DNA of 63,746 nucleotides, the filler included, from Octopus bimaculoides (taxonomy: Eukaryota), in assembly GCF_001194135.2 (NCBI RefSeq). It is 5 parts of 4 records of this genome, joined end to end, with 100 filler letters (N's around TTAATTAATTAA, not from the genome) between each part and the next. Parts side by side here need not be neighbours in the genome. Positions count along the whole stretch, not along the records: positions 23,955 to 44,355 come from NC_068981.1; 4 more parts are not named here. The stretch is one strand, 5' to 3'. Made by a program: the position numbers and the translations under genes. The notes under the pieces were generated by a model that did no database searches, was not told the origin of the DNA, and saw only the letters and a list, made by a program, of their open reading frames with translations. The first letter of the stretch is position 1. Each line of letters begins with the position of its first letter. This document shows positions 27,065 through 39,189 of the stretch, piece by piece.

Positions 27065-29454
27065 AAAACGTACCCGTAATCACTTATTCTAATATATATA
27101 CACTCTATTTCATCATCCTGATTAAATCATCGTAGTTTTCAATTGGACAATTAATGCTTTCATTTTAATGAGTTCTTTACCATTTTCCCGAAAACATATC
27201 TGGGCATTCGTATAGGGACTTCACGGCATCCAAAAGTTTTCCATTAATTTCAAACTCATACAAAATCCTCTATGCTACTAGAAAGGGTGTGAAGTTCGAA
27301 CATCAGAGAGTCTTTCCTGGGAGCCGCAACATGGCCGCATTAAGAGCTCACTCTCTAGTTACTACGGATATACTATAAGAAAGAATCGGAAGACGGATTC
27401 TTCAAACTGAATCATCATCAGGAGATCTAGGGGTAGACTTGGAATGATATGGTTGGTTAATAATCATAGTCTCAGTTAGTTCCACTTACGAATCCAGGAG
27501 GAATTTGTAATGAAGATTGCTTTTGGTAGGTGAGTAGGATGGAGGTGTCTGAGGACATTACCACTACAGCCCACTCTTGAATAGTGGGTGGAGAAAATGG
27601 ATGGTTTCATTATATTCTCTGCAGAAATCTTCAGTGGCTACTGTTCTATATTCAGCTTTGTATACAAATTTTGTGAACAGTGGTCGGCATGATTAACAGC
27701 AATATATAAATTGATGAATATGTGTTTACAAACGGAAAGAATTCAATGCATAAAATAGAGAGCATATATTTCATTGAAAGCTGTTTTTTGAATCCTAACT
27801 CCGAATCTTATGTTACATATTACTCACAAATGGTTAATGTAAAAATAAGCACTAAGATGAGCGCTGGTTGCACCATAACTTTACTGCTACCAAAAGTAAT
27901 GGAAACCGAACAAATATTTGTAGTGCCAATATGCAAAAAGATCTTCTGTTTTGTTGAAGTGGAAACATTTCAATATGTCCTTTCAACAGTATGAGTTCTT
28001 CTAAACTATTCTGTTATGAAACAAATGTTTCCCTTGCAGATAACAATTAATCAGAGCTATGTTGGATTTTCTCGAGAAGAATGTCCTTAAAAATTTCTTG
28101 CAACATAAGTGTACGTTCAGACACCTAGAAAGACGCCTCGCCACTTCACTCTGTAAATATATCTAACAGTAATAAAATTGATGCGACAATTATAGAACAA
28201 ATGTCTTCCTTCAATAACTGAGCCAGCAGGCGTAATCTCTGCATCGAGAAGTATAACCTTTTGTAATTTTTGATAAAAGATCAAAATTAATAAATTCTTG
28301 AAGACATTTCAATCACTATTTATTGAAGAATTCTCGCAAAGTCATTAATTGCTAAAATAGTTTATTTCTTACGCTATTGATTTGCCATACCTGAACTATG
28401 GCAATATAAGTAACACGTAATTCATTACCAGTAAATTGTCTTTCTTTAACTCATCCCTGGCTTGCGAATGATTTATACATATTATATTGAAGACACGAAG
28501 ATGTCACATATTCTTTCACATGACTAAATAAAATACCATGCGCTCTGCATATAAGTATTAAATAGATATGTGATGTATTTAGAATACTTTTCCGGAATAA
28601 TCTGTGACCTGAAACCAAGAGTGGTTTCAGCTTTAATAAATAATACACGCTCCACATCATATATTGAGTACCCAAGCCCATTTTTAAAAGCAAACACTAA
28701 CAAAACTACACTCATGCACACACACACACACGTATGTGAATGCCTATGTGTATGTATGAATGCGACCTATACAACATTTATTGCTATTAGCAATATTTAT
28801 GGTGATAAAATTATATAGTGAATTAATCACAGTACGTCCACGTATCTGCCACTACATTTTAAATTATTTCATTGAAATATACTTAAAAGAATGGTGTATT
28901 ACATATGAAGAGTTATCTAGCATGAAAATACCAACTAAAATAGTAAAATTGGTAACACTTTAAAAGCGTCCTCCTCAGACAATAAACTTGATCTGCACTT
29001 ATGTTGTTCAGAAAGTTTTAAAACGAATATTGAGGTGGGATTTTATATTTCATATGCTACAATTTTTCATCGGTTTTACTATAAGGGTGAAGCTAAGATA
29101 ATAACTATTCCAGACTTCGTATCTCTTGAAAAATTTATCTATCTTTGAATATCTTGACGAAAGTCTTTCTAATAACAACCATTGAGTGACCATTTACATT
29201 TCCTCAAACCATACTTACTCATGGTGATTTAGCATTCTTTGTCAGAAAAAAAACTATTCCTTATATATACAAATGCATATAAGTCTCACCAACGACTCTC
29301 ACAGATGTACTTTATACTATATTTAACTATTCTACATCTACAATATTTTCTTTTTCTCTTCTGATCTTGCCAGCCGATTAATTTTCCAAAACCTCGCACG
29401 TTATCAGCCAGTCACCTCAAATATATTTCAACGTTTAAATATTACATTATCTCC

Positions 29455-29660
29455 TTGGCGGCAAACTGTCACGGCGGGCAAAAGGCTTAGCGTCATTTCG
29501 TTCGTCTTTACACTCCGTGTTCAAACTCTGCCGATCGCCATATTTGCCTTTCATTCTACGGGGCAGATAAAATAAGTAACAGTCGAGCAATGGGATTGAT
29601 GTGAACGACTTAACATCTTCCTGATCTTGCTGTCCTTGTACCAAAACTTGAAGCTAATAT
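29455..29660 (+). mobile_element. Old, diverged family B SINE
   Basis: ggcttagcgtcatttcgttcgtctttacactccgtgttcaaactctgccg...ttgcctttcattc follows the family B head and core. Confidence 0.6.
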
Positions 29661-30828
29661 TTCATTAACATTTTCTTCCGTAAGAGTGTAACACTGTAAA
29701 GCTTCACATGTACACACGCTTTTCAAGTAAAAGCTGATCTATAAATATTCAGGCTGAACATACTCAGTATTCCCATTGTATGTGATGGCCTTTAAATATC
29801 ATATATATTTCCTATCCTTCTCTCGCAAATTTATAAAAAGAATTATAAAAAGGAAAGCAAAACCAAATAAAATTGTGACGTCATAATTTGATCTAATCAT
29901 ATCGAAACCAACTTACAGGTAGAAACATATGACTTTTCTATAAAGATTGTCAACCTTCTAAATATTAGGAAATCACGAAGTCACTAAGCGCTCCTTGCAT
30001 GATAGTTTAGTTTATACTTTGAAAAACAAAAAATTATTTATAGTTAATTTTCTCACTTTTACAAGAGGAATGTTAATACCAGCTTTGTAAATATTTTTGT
30101 AGTAATTGTGGGAGGAGATACGTTGTTCTATGGTTACAGAGCACGTTCTGTTGATTTTTCCGGTTAAAACTATTTACGCTTCCGATTTAGACATTACCTA
30201 TGTCAACAGAGGTTTTGTAAAGAAGTGAGTGTCTGTGAAGGTCATAACTGTCATTTCCTCTTTCCTAAAAAAATTACCCGTGTTTCAGCGGAATAATTCT
30301 AGTACATCCACTCCAAGTAGTACTATGACATCATGGTATTATTTTGCAACATTGGGGGGTTGAAATGTGAAAGCCACAAGAACTGTGTCAACGCTGATGT
30401 TAATAAAGAAGAAGAAATGTGGTTGTTTTATTATTTAATCTCAAATAAGATCCGACCGAGCAGCTTCCTGATCAATGTAATTCTAGGCAATATTTGTGGG
30501 TCACCACTTTGTGGAAGAGAGGAGATATATACATATATTGACGCTTTCACTTTTTGCATCTACCTTTTAATTTTGTAATTTGAATAGACTATGTACTCAA
30601 ACTCTTAAATTGCTTGGAGATACAAGGCGTGTTATGAAAAAAATCTATGTCTCTAATACAAGAATCCATTACTGTCTCGCACCTTTATACTGTCTACATT
30701 AAATGATATATATATATATAAATATATATGGGGTCATGACCCCGAAATATTGAATAGAAGTCAAGTCTACAAATATTCATATGTTTGTTTCTTGTGATTT
30801 GCCTTGAATTTACTTCGCATTTTTCCGG

Positions 30829-30873
<45 letters not shown>

Positions 30874-31837
30874 CTATGTAGCATTGCGTAGACGATGTTG
30901 TATAAAGGATCGTGGGTAANNNNNNNNNNNNNNNNNNNNNNNNNNNNNNNNNNNNNNNNNNNNNNNNNNNNNNNNNNNNNNNNNNNNNNNNNNNNNNNNN
31001 NNNNNNNNNNNNNNNNNNNNNNNNNNNNNNNNNNNNNNNNNNNNNNNNNNNNNNNNNNNNNNNNNNNNNNNNNNNNNNNNNNNNNNNNNNNNNNNNNNNN
31101 NNNNNNNNNNNNNNNNNNNNNNNNNNNNNNNNNNNNNNNNNNNNNNNNNNNNNNNNNNNNNNNNNNNNNNNNNNNNNNNNNNNNNNNNNNNNNNNNNNNN
31201 NNNNNNNNNNNNNNNNNNNNNNNNNNNNNNNNNNNNNNNNNNNNNNNNNNNNNNNNNNNNNNNNNNNNNNNNNNNNNNNNNNNNNNNNNNNNNNNNNNNN
31301 NNNNNNNNNNNNNNNNNNNNNNNNNNNNNNNNNNNNNNNNNNNNNNNNNNNNNNNNNNNNNNNNNNNNNNNNNNNNNNNNNNNNNNNNNNNNNNNNNNNN
31401 NNNNNNNNNNNNNNNNNNNNNNNNNNNNNNNNNNNNNNNNNNNNNNNNNNNNNNNNNNNNNNATATATATGTATGTATGTATGTATATATAAAGGAGACC
31501 ACTAGGTGGACGGCTAATGTTCTTGAAGAAGATCACATGTAATGCGTCTACAAAGATCAAATTGGTCTCAAGGATATTTTTTTCTTTGAGAACAATTCGG
31601 TCTTAGGAGACGCATTACATGTGATCTTCTTCTAGCACATTAGCCATACACCTAGTGGTCTCCTTTATATATACATATACGATAATCCTTTGCGATCTCA
31701 GATAATTTTTCTGAATCTCCTGATTCTTTCAACGTGCTAGTTCCCTGGTATTAAATTGATATTAATTAATATCCAAATTTTTTACCTTACTGTTTTAATT
31801 TATATATATGTGTATATAAACGTATATCATAAATGCA

Positions 31838-31874
<37 letters not shown>

Positions 31875-31889
31875 GTGACCGCGTGTGCA

Positions 31890-32060
31890 AATTTGACGAT
31901 TTTCTTTCTCCGTATTCCCTTCTTCGGATTCTTCCTATATTTCTGACGAAGATCTCCAATCGAAACGTTAAATCCTCTTTCTTTTCTTTCCTTTCCTGAG
32001 CGTCCAATAACACAGTTCTTTTTCCACGTCCTCGCGTTGTTTTTTCACGTTTTGTTTCAT
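31890..32060 (+). mobile_element. Penelope-type terminal repeat copy containing a minimal type I hammerhead-like motif
   Basis: ATTT-CTGACGA-a-GATctccaATC-GAAAC-GTT-AAAT at 31939-31973. About 170 bp of homology to the 23640-23800 copy. Confidence 0.6.
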
Positions 32061-32089
32061 GTTTTTTCTTGTTTGTTCTTGTTTAAATT

Positions 32090-32123
<34 letters not shown>

Positions 32124-32837
32124 NNNNNNNNNNCACTCGCCATATCGCAGTTCACCTATCGCGCTTTATTATTTAAGCTTACGTCGATTCCTCCGCAGTT
32201 TTGTTTCGCATTTACAGTAAAATGAATATATACAAATTATAAAAATAAGAAAAAATATACAGTAGCCTTTCTATTTCATGGATTTTCACCTATCGCAGGA
32301 GGTGTGGGACGTAACACTGGGGTCGATGTAATCGACTTAATCCCTTTGTCTGTCCTTGTTTGTCCCCTCTATGCTTAGCCCATTGTGGGCAATAATGAAA
32401 TAAAATAATCAGGGAAAGTACGTTGATGATTAAATTTCAATTAAATATAACATTTGATCACTTGTTTTCTCTATTCAAAATTCGGACAGAATTTATAGGA
32501 ACTTGATACATACATATATATACAGAGAAAATAGAGAGGTAGAGAAATTAATATTGGTAGGTATCTCAACTAAACATATTATTACGAAATGTGCTGCCAA
32601 TGAATTCAGTGTCTTTAATAGTATCATAATCGAAACCAGGTTACGTCTGAAACTCACATTTAGCCTGCATTTTAGTAAGCAGTGATTTTACAGAAGGATT
32701 AAAATCGATGGAACCACTCCTGGTGCACGCATGACGTATACTGTATAGAGTTAAGTGGCAATTAAATGCATTTATGCTTGAGTAGTTAAGTAAAATTAAA
32801 CTAAAGAAATCGCTATGATTAATTACTTTTTAAATGT

Positions 32838-32910
32838 TACATTTTCATGTCTACATTTACATGTCTACATTTACATGTCTACATTTACATGTCTACATTT
32901 ACATGTTCTA
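32838..32910. repeat. 14-bp tandem repeat ACATTTACATGTCT, about 5 copies
   Basis: Seen directly. Confidence 0.9.
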
Positions 32911-35461
32911 CAACTACATTTTGATTCCCTCACTAATAACTACTTCGGTAGTTTTCTGAGAAAATTTATTATCATCATATTATGTCTAGAATTGTCTCCA
33001 GTACTTGCAGAAATTATTTAAATAATGTGGTGAAATTCACTTTGGTTTTTTGTCCTCACTGTATATTTCAAATTCTAATATGTAAAGCTTTTGTACCTTA
33101 TATGTGTTAACAGTAACTCTAAGACAGAAGTAAAATCGATTCTGGCGAAATATAAAGCAAACAAACTATTATAAGAGTAATTTATGTTGTTATCTATGAC
33201 AAAATGTTCATTGTTTCCATATCCTTGGAGTCACACATATCTCAAACAACTGCTTAGAGTATTCATTACGACAACATTCGATCATATTTTACGTGCATAG
33301 TTTTGAAGACTTCGAAGACACCTTAGTTTAATAGTAACGGATACATTTTAACAAAGTGTGGACATTTTTACCTGCCAAATAACGGTAATTTCAAAATTTA
33401 TATTGAACCAGATGGCTATTACTTCCAGGTGAGCCGTGTTGTCGAAGAGCTACGAAAGAAAGACTTTAAAAAAAAACATCCGATCTATTTTCAGAGGATA
33501 TATTTCGACTACATTGTCAAATGCGTCACATAACGATGTGTGACTTCTACTATTTCTTACCGAATACGCAAGCACATAAAAGCTCATTCATTAAGTATTT
33601 CATATCTTCACAGCTTCTTACATGAAACTGCAAAATAATGTATTGATTTAATTTCATAATGCTAAATACCCTTTATTATACAGGAAATTTAGGAATTTGC
33701 ACTCTATAATTGACATTGTGAGAAACATTTCAGGTACAGGAAAATTTGGACTTATAAAAAATGATTAATGAGTAGCTTGTCTGTTGTTTTACAATTCACA
33801 CAACAATCTGAATCAAATACTTAGTTCATAGATAGTTTTCAAGCTCAGATTCATAAGGAAAAAGAAGTGATTGTTCAACAAAGATGCATTTTCAAATCGG
33901 TGCTAGTTGTTCAAATGTATTCATCGATTGAATTGGGTGTATTAATATCGATTTTTCAACTTAGGCCATCCCTTATAATAAAATGTTTTCCAGCCAGAAA
34001 AATTCAATTTATTGTTTAAAACATGTGCAAAGGTATGATAGTGTAGGAGAGGATTTTGCTTCGCAGACACCTGGGGCCTGGTGTATTCTGACTGCGCGAT
34101 ACGTTAGAAAATGTTTTCTACTATAGCCTTGCGATGAACAATACCTTGTGAGTGGAATTTGGTAGAGAGAAATTGCTCAGAAGCCTGTTTTATATGTAAG
34201 TATATATAAGTTAAGTTTCCCACCACCGGCGTCGAAACAAAATGTAAAATTACTCAGAGTAACACAAGATGATAATATACATATCAACTGAAACTATATT
34301 ATAATTACTCTGATCGCTTAAAAAAGTTCCGAAGATAGTGCCGCAACATAATAGCAAGAAAACCAGAATTGCATGTCTTGGTGTATAATTTATTTCTAAC
34401 GTGACAAGATCTTAAGAGATATTTAGTTGCTATCTCTAGCAAACCGAGCACTTATGTGTATACTGAAGACAGAAATCATTGAAAACCGAACAATGACAGG
34501 TAAGCAACTGTGGCTATAGTTAAAACAATTGATAATGAAGAAAATCGCTGAAATGCCAGAGTTATAAGAGTGGCGGATTAAATACTGTGCAGTATTCCAC
34601 TCTTAATTCAAACCCTACTGTGACTAAATTTACTTTACATCCATTCGCAGTAGATATCTCACTGTGTTTTTCTCCATCTCTGTTTGGAAGTGGCTATATT
34701 TCGAATTATGAGAAAGGACATAAGACCACTCGTAGCATCCTATTCTTCAGGAAAGGGGTAAAGGTTAAGTGAAAACTAAAAAGGCAAGCGGTCTCTTCTG
34801 AGAGGAAGAAGGAAAGAGAAAGCATGTTACTGGAACTATCAGCATGAACCGACACACTACCAAACACAAACCAGAAAGAAAGACAAAACATAAAATAAAA
34901 TAAAATAAAACAAAATTACGAAAATAAGATAAACGACTCTGAACAAACCCAAACAACGACAATCACAAATTAAGAACAACTGCAACACCCACTGTAGTAG
35001 CATGATTCAAATGGATATATTTCTTTAGATATTGCATATTTGTTTTACAACACTAGTTCTGCACAGCCTTTTAGTCTTCCTATAAGCTTGACATACACGT
35101 CATTTCTCACTCAGTTTACTCAGGCCACACGGAAAAAAAAAAAAAAAATTCTTGTATTGAGTTCCATTTTCTTCTGAGTTCAACGTAATTGTTTTAGCAT
35201 ATTTATTATTATTCTCCAGAAATTATATCTCATTTCTACTTTTGCTTCTTTTTCTTATTTCAGGCATTAATGATTTTTAAAGTATATATATATATATTTT
35301 TGCTATCATTATTTCGTTCTTCATTCTTTTAACTGGTGCAATTAAGATTTTTCCATTTTCTGTTAGTTAATATTATCAAATCTCATTATCTTTCCTTCTT
35401 GTGAAACATATACGCTACAACACAGCAAGATACTGATACATTACAACAACTACACAAGAAA

Positions 35462-35462
<1 letters not shown>

Positions 35463-35537
<75 letters not shown>

Positions 35538-35590
35538 GTTGTTGTTGTTGTTGTTGTTATTATCATTAGTAGTAGTAGTAGTAGTAGTAT
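35463..35590. repeat. Compound microsatellite (ATT)n-(GTT)n-(AGT)n, representative of the many SSRs in the window
   Basis: Seen directly. Other long SSRs include (ATCT)n 36396-36482, (TTTC)n/(TTC)n 38860-39038 and many (CA)n/(TA)n/(GA)n tracts. Confidence 0.95.
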
Positions 35591-36408
35591 AGTTGTGGTG
35601 ATAGAGAAGGTAGTTGTAGCAGCAAGAGCAGTATCAGCACCAGATTGAACAGAACGCTGTTTTTCTTCATGTCAAGACACACCACCAGATCAAGCCTCTT
35701 TCCCAGTAACGTCAATAATGAAAAATCGCATTCTGCCTTAAGTGATTTATGAAAGAAGAAGAAAAAAAAATCAATAAGTAATCGATGCAACATGTTTTAT
35801 TTTTACTATTGTTTGTATCTTTGTTTCGGTGTTCTATAATGAGATTATTGTATCATAATGGATTTTCAACAGCTGATCAATGCTTGGTGTTGGATTCACA
35901 TGAAAAGATTAAGCTAAGCCTTGTAGGAAAAAGATCTAAAATTTCTTACAAAGGTAATCCAACGGAAACAAACTACACTCATACACACACACACATAACC
36001 GCAAACACGCGCACACATACACACACATAGCAACATACGCACACACATACATTCACACATAGCCACTCGCACACTAATAAAAAGTGGGAACACATCACAT
36101 CCAATCTACATACACGTACGTACTCAAGCAGATTCACATACACACAAACATGCACTCGCGCACAGTTGCACAAATATTTATTTATAGCTAAACAATATAT
36201 TTACATACACGTATGTACACACGCACTCACACATTCACATATGTGTGTGCATGTGTTTGTATGTGTAACGACCGGCTGGTCTCAGTGGACTATAGATATC
36301 ATAGTTTATCTATAATAGTTTAGACTACAATTTAGTATGGTGTCGTTATTTGACTAAATTATATTTGCTGTTTTCCTTCATTTAGAAACACACATCTATC
36401 TATCAATC

Positions 36409-36483
<75 letters not shown>

Positions 36484-36904
36484 TTCTCTCTATTTCTCTC
36501 TATCTCTCTCTCTCTCTATTTCCCTCTCTCTTTATATTATAGTCTGTTGAATGTATGTGTTGACGCTGTGCTTAATATTTTAAATAAACTGCAATGGTAT
36601 AAAATGTTATTTATAAGATACGCGATACTTATGACTGTTGTTATTAGGAATACAAGGTGAGAAACTTCTGTGTGCTATATTGAAACCTAACATGCAGATG
36701 ACTTTACCAAGGTTGATTGTTTGAGTTTAATAATTTATTTCATCGACCATATTCCCTTCCTACAGGGGTGTGTTTTTGTGACAGAGCGACAGAGAAGACA
36801 TTATTTAGTATACGAGATGGTGATAAAATCACAGAAGTGGTGATAAAATCACAGATAGATGTAAGAATTACTTCCATAAGAATTTTGCTTTATGCATTAT
36901 CTAA

Positions 36905-37640
36905 TGGGGTACCCAAAAAGAAACCGGAATTTTGCAATATCATTTTGTTCACTTAGTGTTATACGTTTACATCTGTATTTCCTTCAAAAGATTCTGAATG
37001 TGAAGCAATGCATCTGTCCAGACGTGCTTTCTCTTGTTCGAAGCAGTCCTGGAAATCTTGTAAAATGATGCTTTTATCGCCTCCGTCGTTTATTCTCTTC
37101 ACCACTTCCACATCTTCAAATGTTTTTCCCTTAAAAACTTTTTCTATTCTGAGAAGGAAAACATATAAAAAAAAAGAAAGAAAATCGCAGGGAGCAAGAT
37201 CGGGCGAGTAGGGAGGGTGGGTTAGNNNNNNNNNNNNNNNNNNNNNNNNNNNNNNNNNNNNNNNNNNNNNNNNNNNNNNNNNNNNNNNNNNNNNNNNNNN
37301 NNNNNNNNNNNNNNNNNNNNNNNNNNNNNNNNNNNNNNNNNNNNNNNNNNNNNNNNNNNNNNNNNNNNNNNNNNNNNNNNNNNNNNNNNNNNNNNNNNNN
37401 NNNNNNNNNNNNNNNNNNNNNNNNNNNNNNNNNNNNNNNNNNNNNNNNNNNNNNNNNNNNNNNNNNNNNNNNNNNTCTGCTTAATAGTTTGACCAGGAGG
37501 ACCAAATTCTGTGTGAACAATTCCTTTCACATCCATGAAATAGTCCGTATTGTCTTGATATTGGACTTCACTTGACGCGGTTTCCGACACGTAGCCGTAA
37601 CACCAGCTTTCGTCACATAAGGAGACACATAAGGAGACAC
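36905..37640 (-). mobile_element. Mariner (DD34D) transposase relic spanning an N-gap
   Basis: Minus strand gives DESWCYGY, MDVKGIVHTEFGPPGQTI, (Y)SPDLAPCDF and LKGKTFEDV..., and ends near a TIR-like ggggtacccaaaaagaaaccggaatt. Confidence 0.75.
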
Positions 37641-38135
37641 CGAAAATGAAAACTGCAAAATCCTGTGGGATGTAATGATCCAGTGCGATTACCAGACCAG
37701 ACATAGGAAACCGAAACATGTATGATTATCGACATAGCATGCCTCGGTGACAGGTGGATCAGTGTGAAAGAAGAAGAAAAAATAAACAATTATGGCGATT
37801 TAAAGTGGGAAATACGAAGGTTGTGGTCAATTGAGAGAGTAGACGTGATACCAATAGTAATTAATGGACTTGGAAGTATCTGCACTCAACCACCATCATA
37901 GCTGTAAAGGATTGGTGCAAGTGTGAAGGTAGAACACCTACAAAAATCAGCATTGCTTGAAACTGCAAGAATTCTTCGCAGGGTTCTTGAAGCATGACCA
38001 GTAAACAAGTGTCACCTTAGTCTGCTGGCTGTGGACAGTTGACACTTTCCATCATATCCAGCAAAATAAGGGGAAGTTGTCCTATAGCAGCACCAAGAAC
38101 AATAAAAACAACAACAACAATAATAATAATAATAA
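37640..38135 (+). mobile_element. 3' end of an RLE-type non-LTR retrotransposon (R4/Dong-like) with (AAC/AAT)n tail
   Basis: Translates ENENCKILWDVMIQCD..RPDI..CMIIDIAC.GD..VKEEEKINNYGDLKWEIRRLW...VIPIV..GLGS...LQKSALLETARILRRVLEA*, the restriction-like endonuclease domain. Confidence 0.8.
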
Positions 38136-38302
38136 TCCTTTCTACTAGAAACACAAGACCTGAAATTTTGTGGGAGTGCGATCAGTTGATTACATCGACC
38201 ACAGTGTTCCACTGGTACTGAACTTATCGATCCAGCGAAAGGGTGAAAAGCAAAGTCGACACCGGCGGAATTTTTCCCGGGGTGGTAACGATTCTACCAG
38301 CT
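38135..38302 (-). mobile_element. Family B SINE
   Basis: ctttctactagaaacacaagacctgaaattttg...aaagtcgacaccggcggaattt...ccagctcgccg matches family B in reverse. Confidence 0.8.
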
Positions 38303-38858
38303 CGCCGAAATTATGATAATAATAGTAACAATGATAAATTTGGTTAATAATATTTCTTTAAATATGAAGAATGGTTTTAAACGTATTTCTAAAATTGCTA
38401 TTTGTTTGATGTTATTAAATTTTCCCACGAGTAAGAAAACGGATAAAATTATATCTTCTGAAATATTCGATAATGGACACATAAAGACTTTCAAGAGTGA
38501 AGAACATACAAGAAGTTTAGAGAAAAATTATGTTAAAGGGAATCTTCCGTTCTATTCTAAGAAAGATTAAGATTAATATTAAAAGAGAGAAAATTTATTT
38601 GAAAAATAAATATATATATAATAAAAATGAACATCCTTATCAGTCTGCAGACCAATTCTGTGTTGTAGCATTAAGCAATGGTAGGGAAGCAGTTTTAATA
38701 TTTATATTCAAAAGAATAAAAGTATTTACAGATTAAGCTACTTGCGAGCGTGACATCCAACCAAACAATTTATGAAACTTTATCATTCCGTCGCCGTTTT
38801 AATTCTATTCTTCCATCACGTTTTATTTGAAGATGTCAATGGTCGAGGTAATTGATTT

Positions 38859-38914
<56 letters not shown>

Positions 38915-39142
38915 TGTTCCTTTCTTTCTTTGTTCCTTTGTTTCTTCTTCCTTTGTTTCTTCTTGCTTTGTTTGTTTGTTTCTTCTTCTTCTTCTTCTTC
39001 TTCTTCTTCTTCTTCTTCTTCTTCTTCTTCTTCTTCTTGTTGAAAAATCTATGTTCCAGATTTTATCCGTATATTAACTATCTTATTTATATTATTCTTA
39101 AAAACTGGTCGTCAGATTTCTGCTCTGTGTGTATGTGTGAGT

Positions 39143-39189
<47 letters not shown>

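Noticed and set aside
28900-29100. Possible RTE reverse-transcriptase remnant (MKIPTKIVKLV...)
   Set aside because: Too degraded to support from sequence alone.
32134-32315. Tigger/pogo-like terminal fragment (ttcacctatcgc repeated)
   Set aside because: Only one partial end is visible next to a gap; no paired TIR or target duplication.
25730-34501. Scattered plus-strand splice signals (donors 25882, 27530, 33429, 34500; acceptor 28039), including a 34-codon open stretch at 33327-33428
   Set aside because: I could not join them into a phase-consistent ORF, and such motifs occur by chance at this density. Not excluded as UTR or lncRNA exons.
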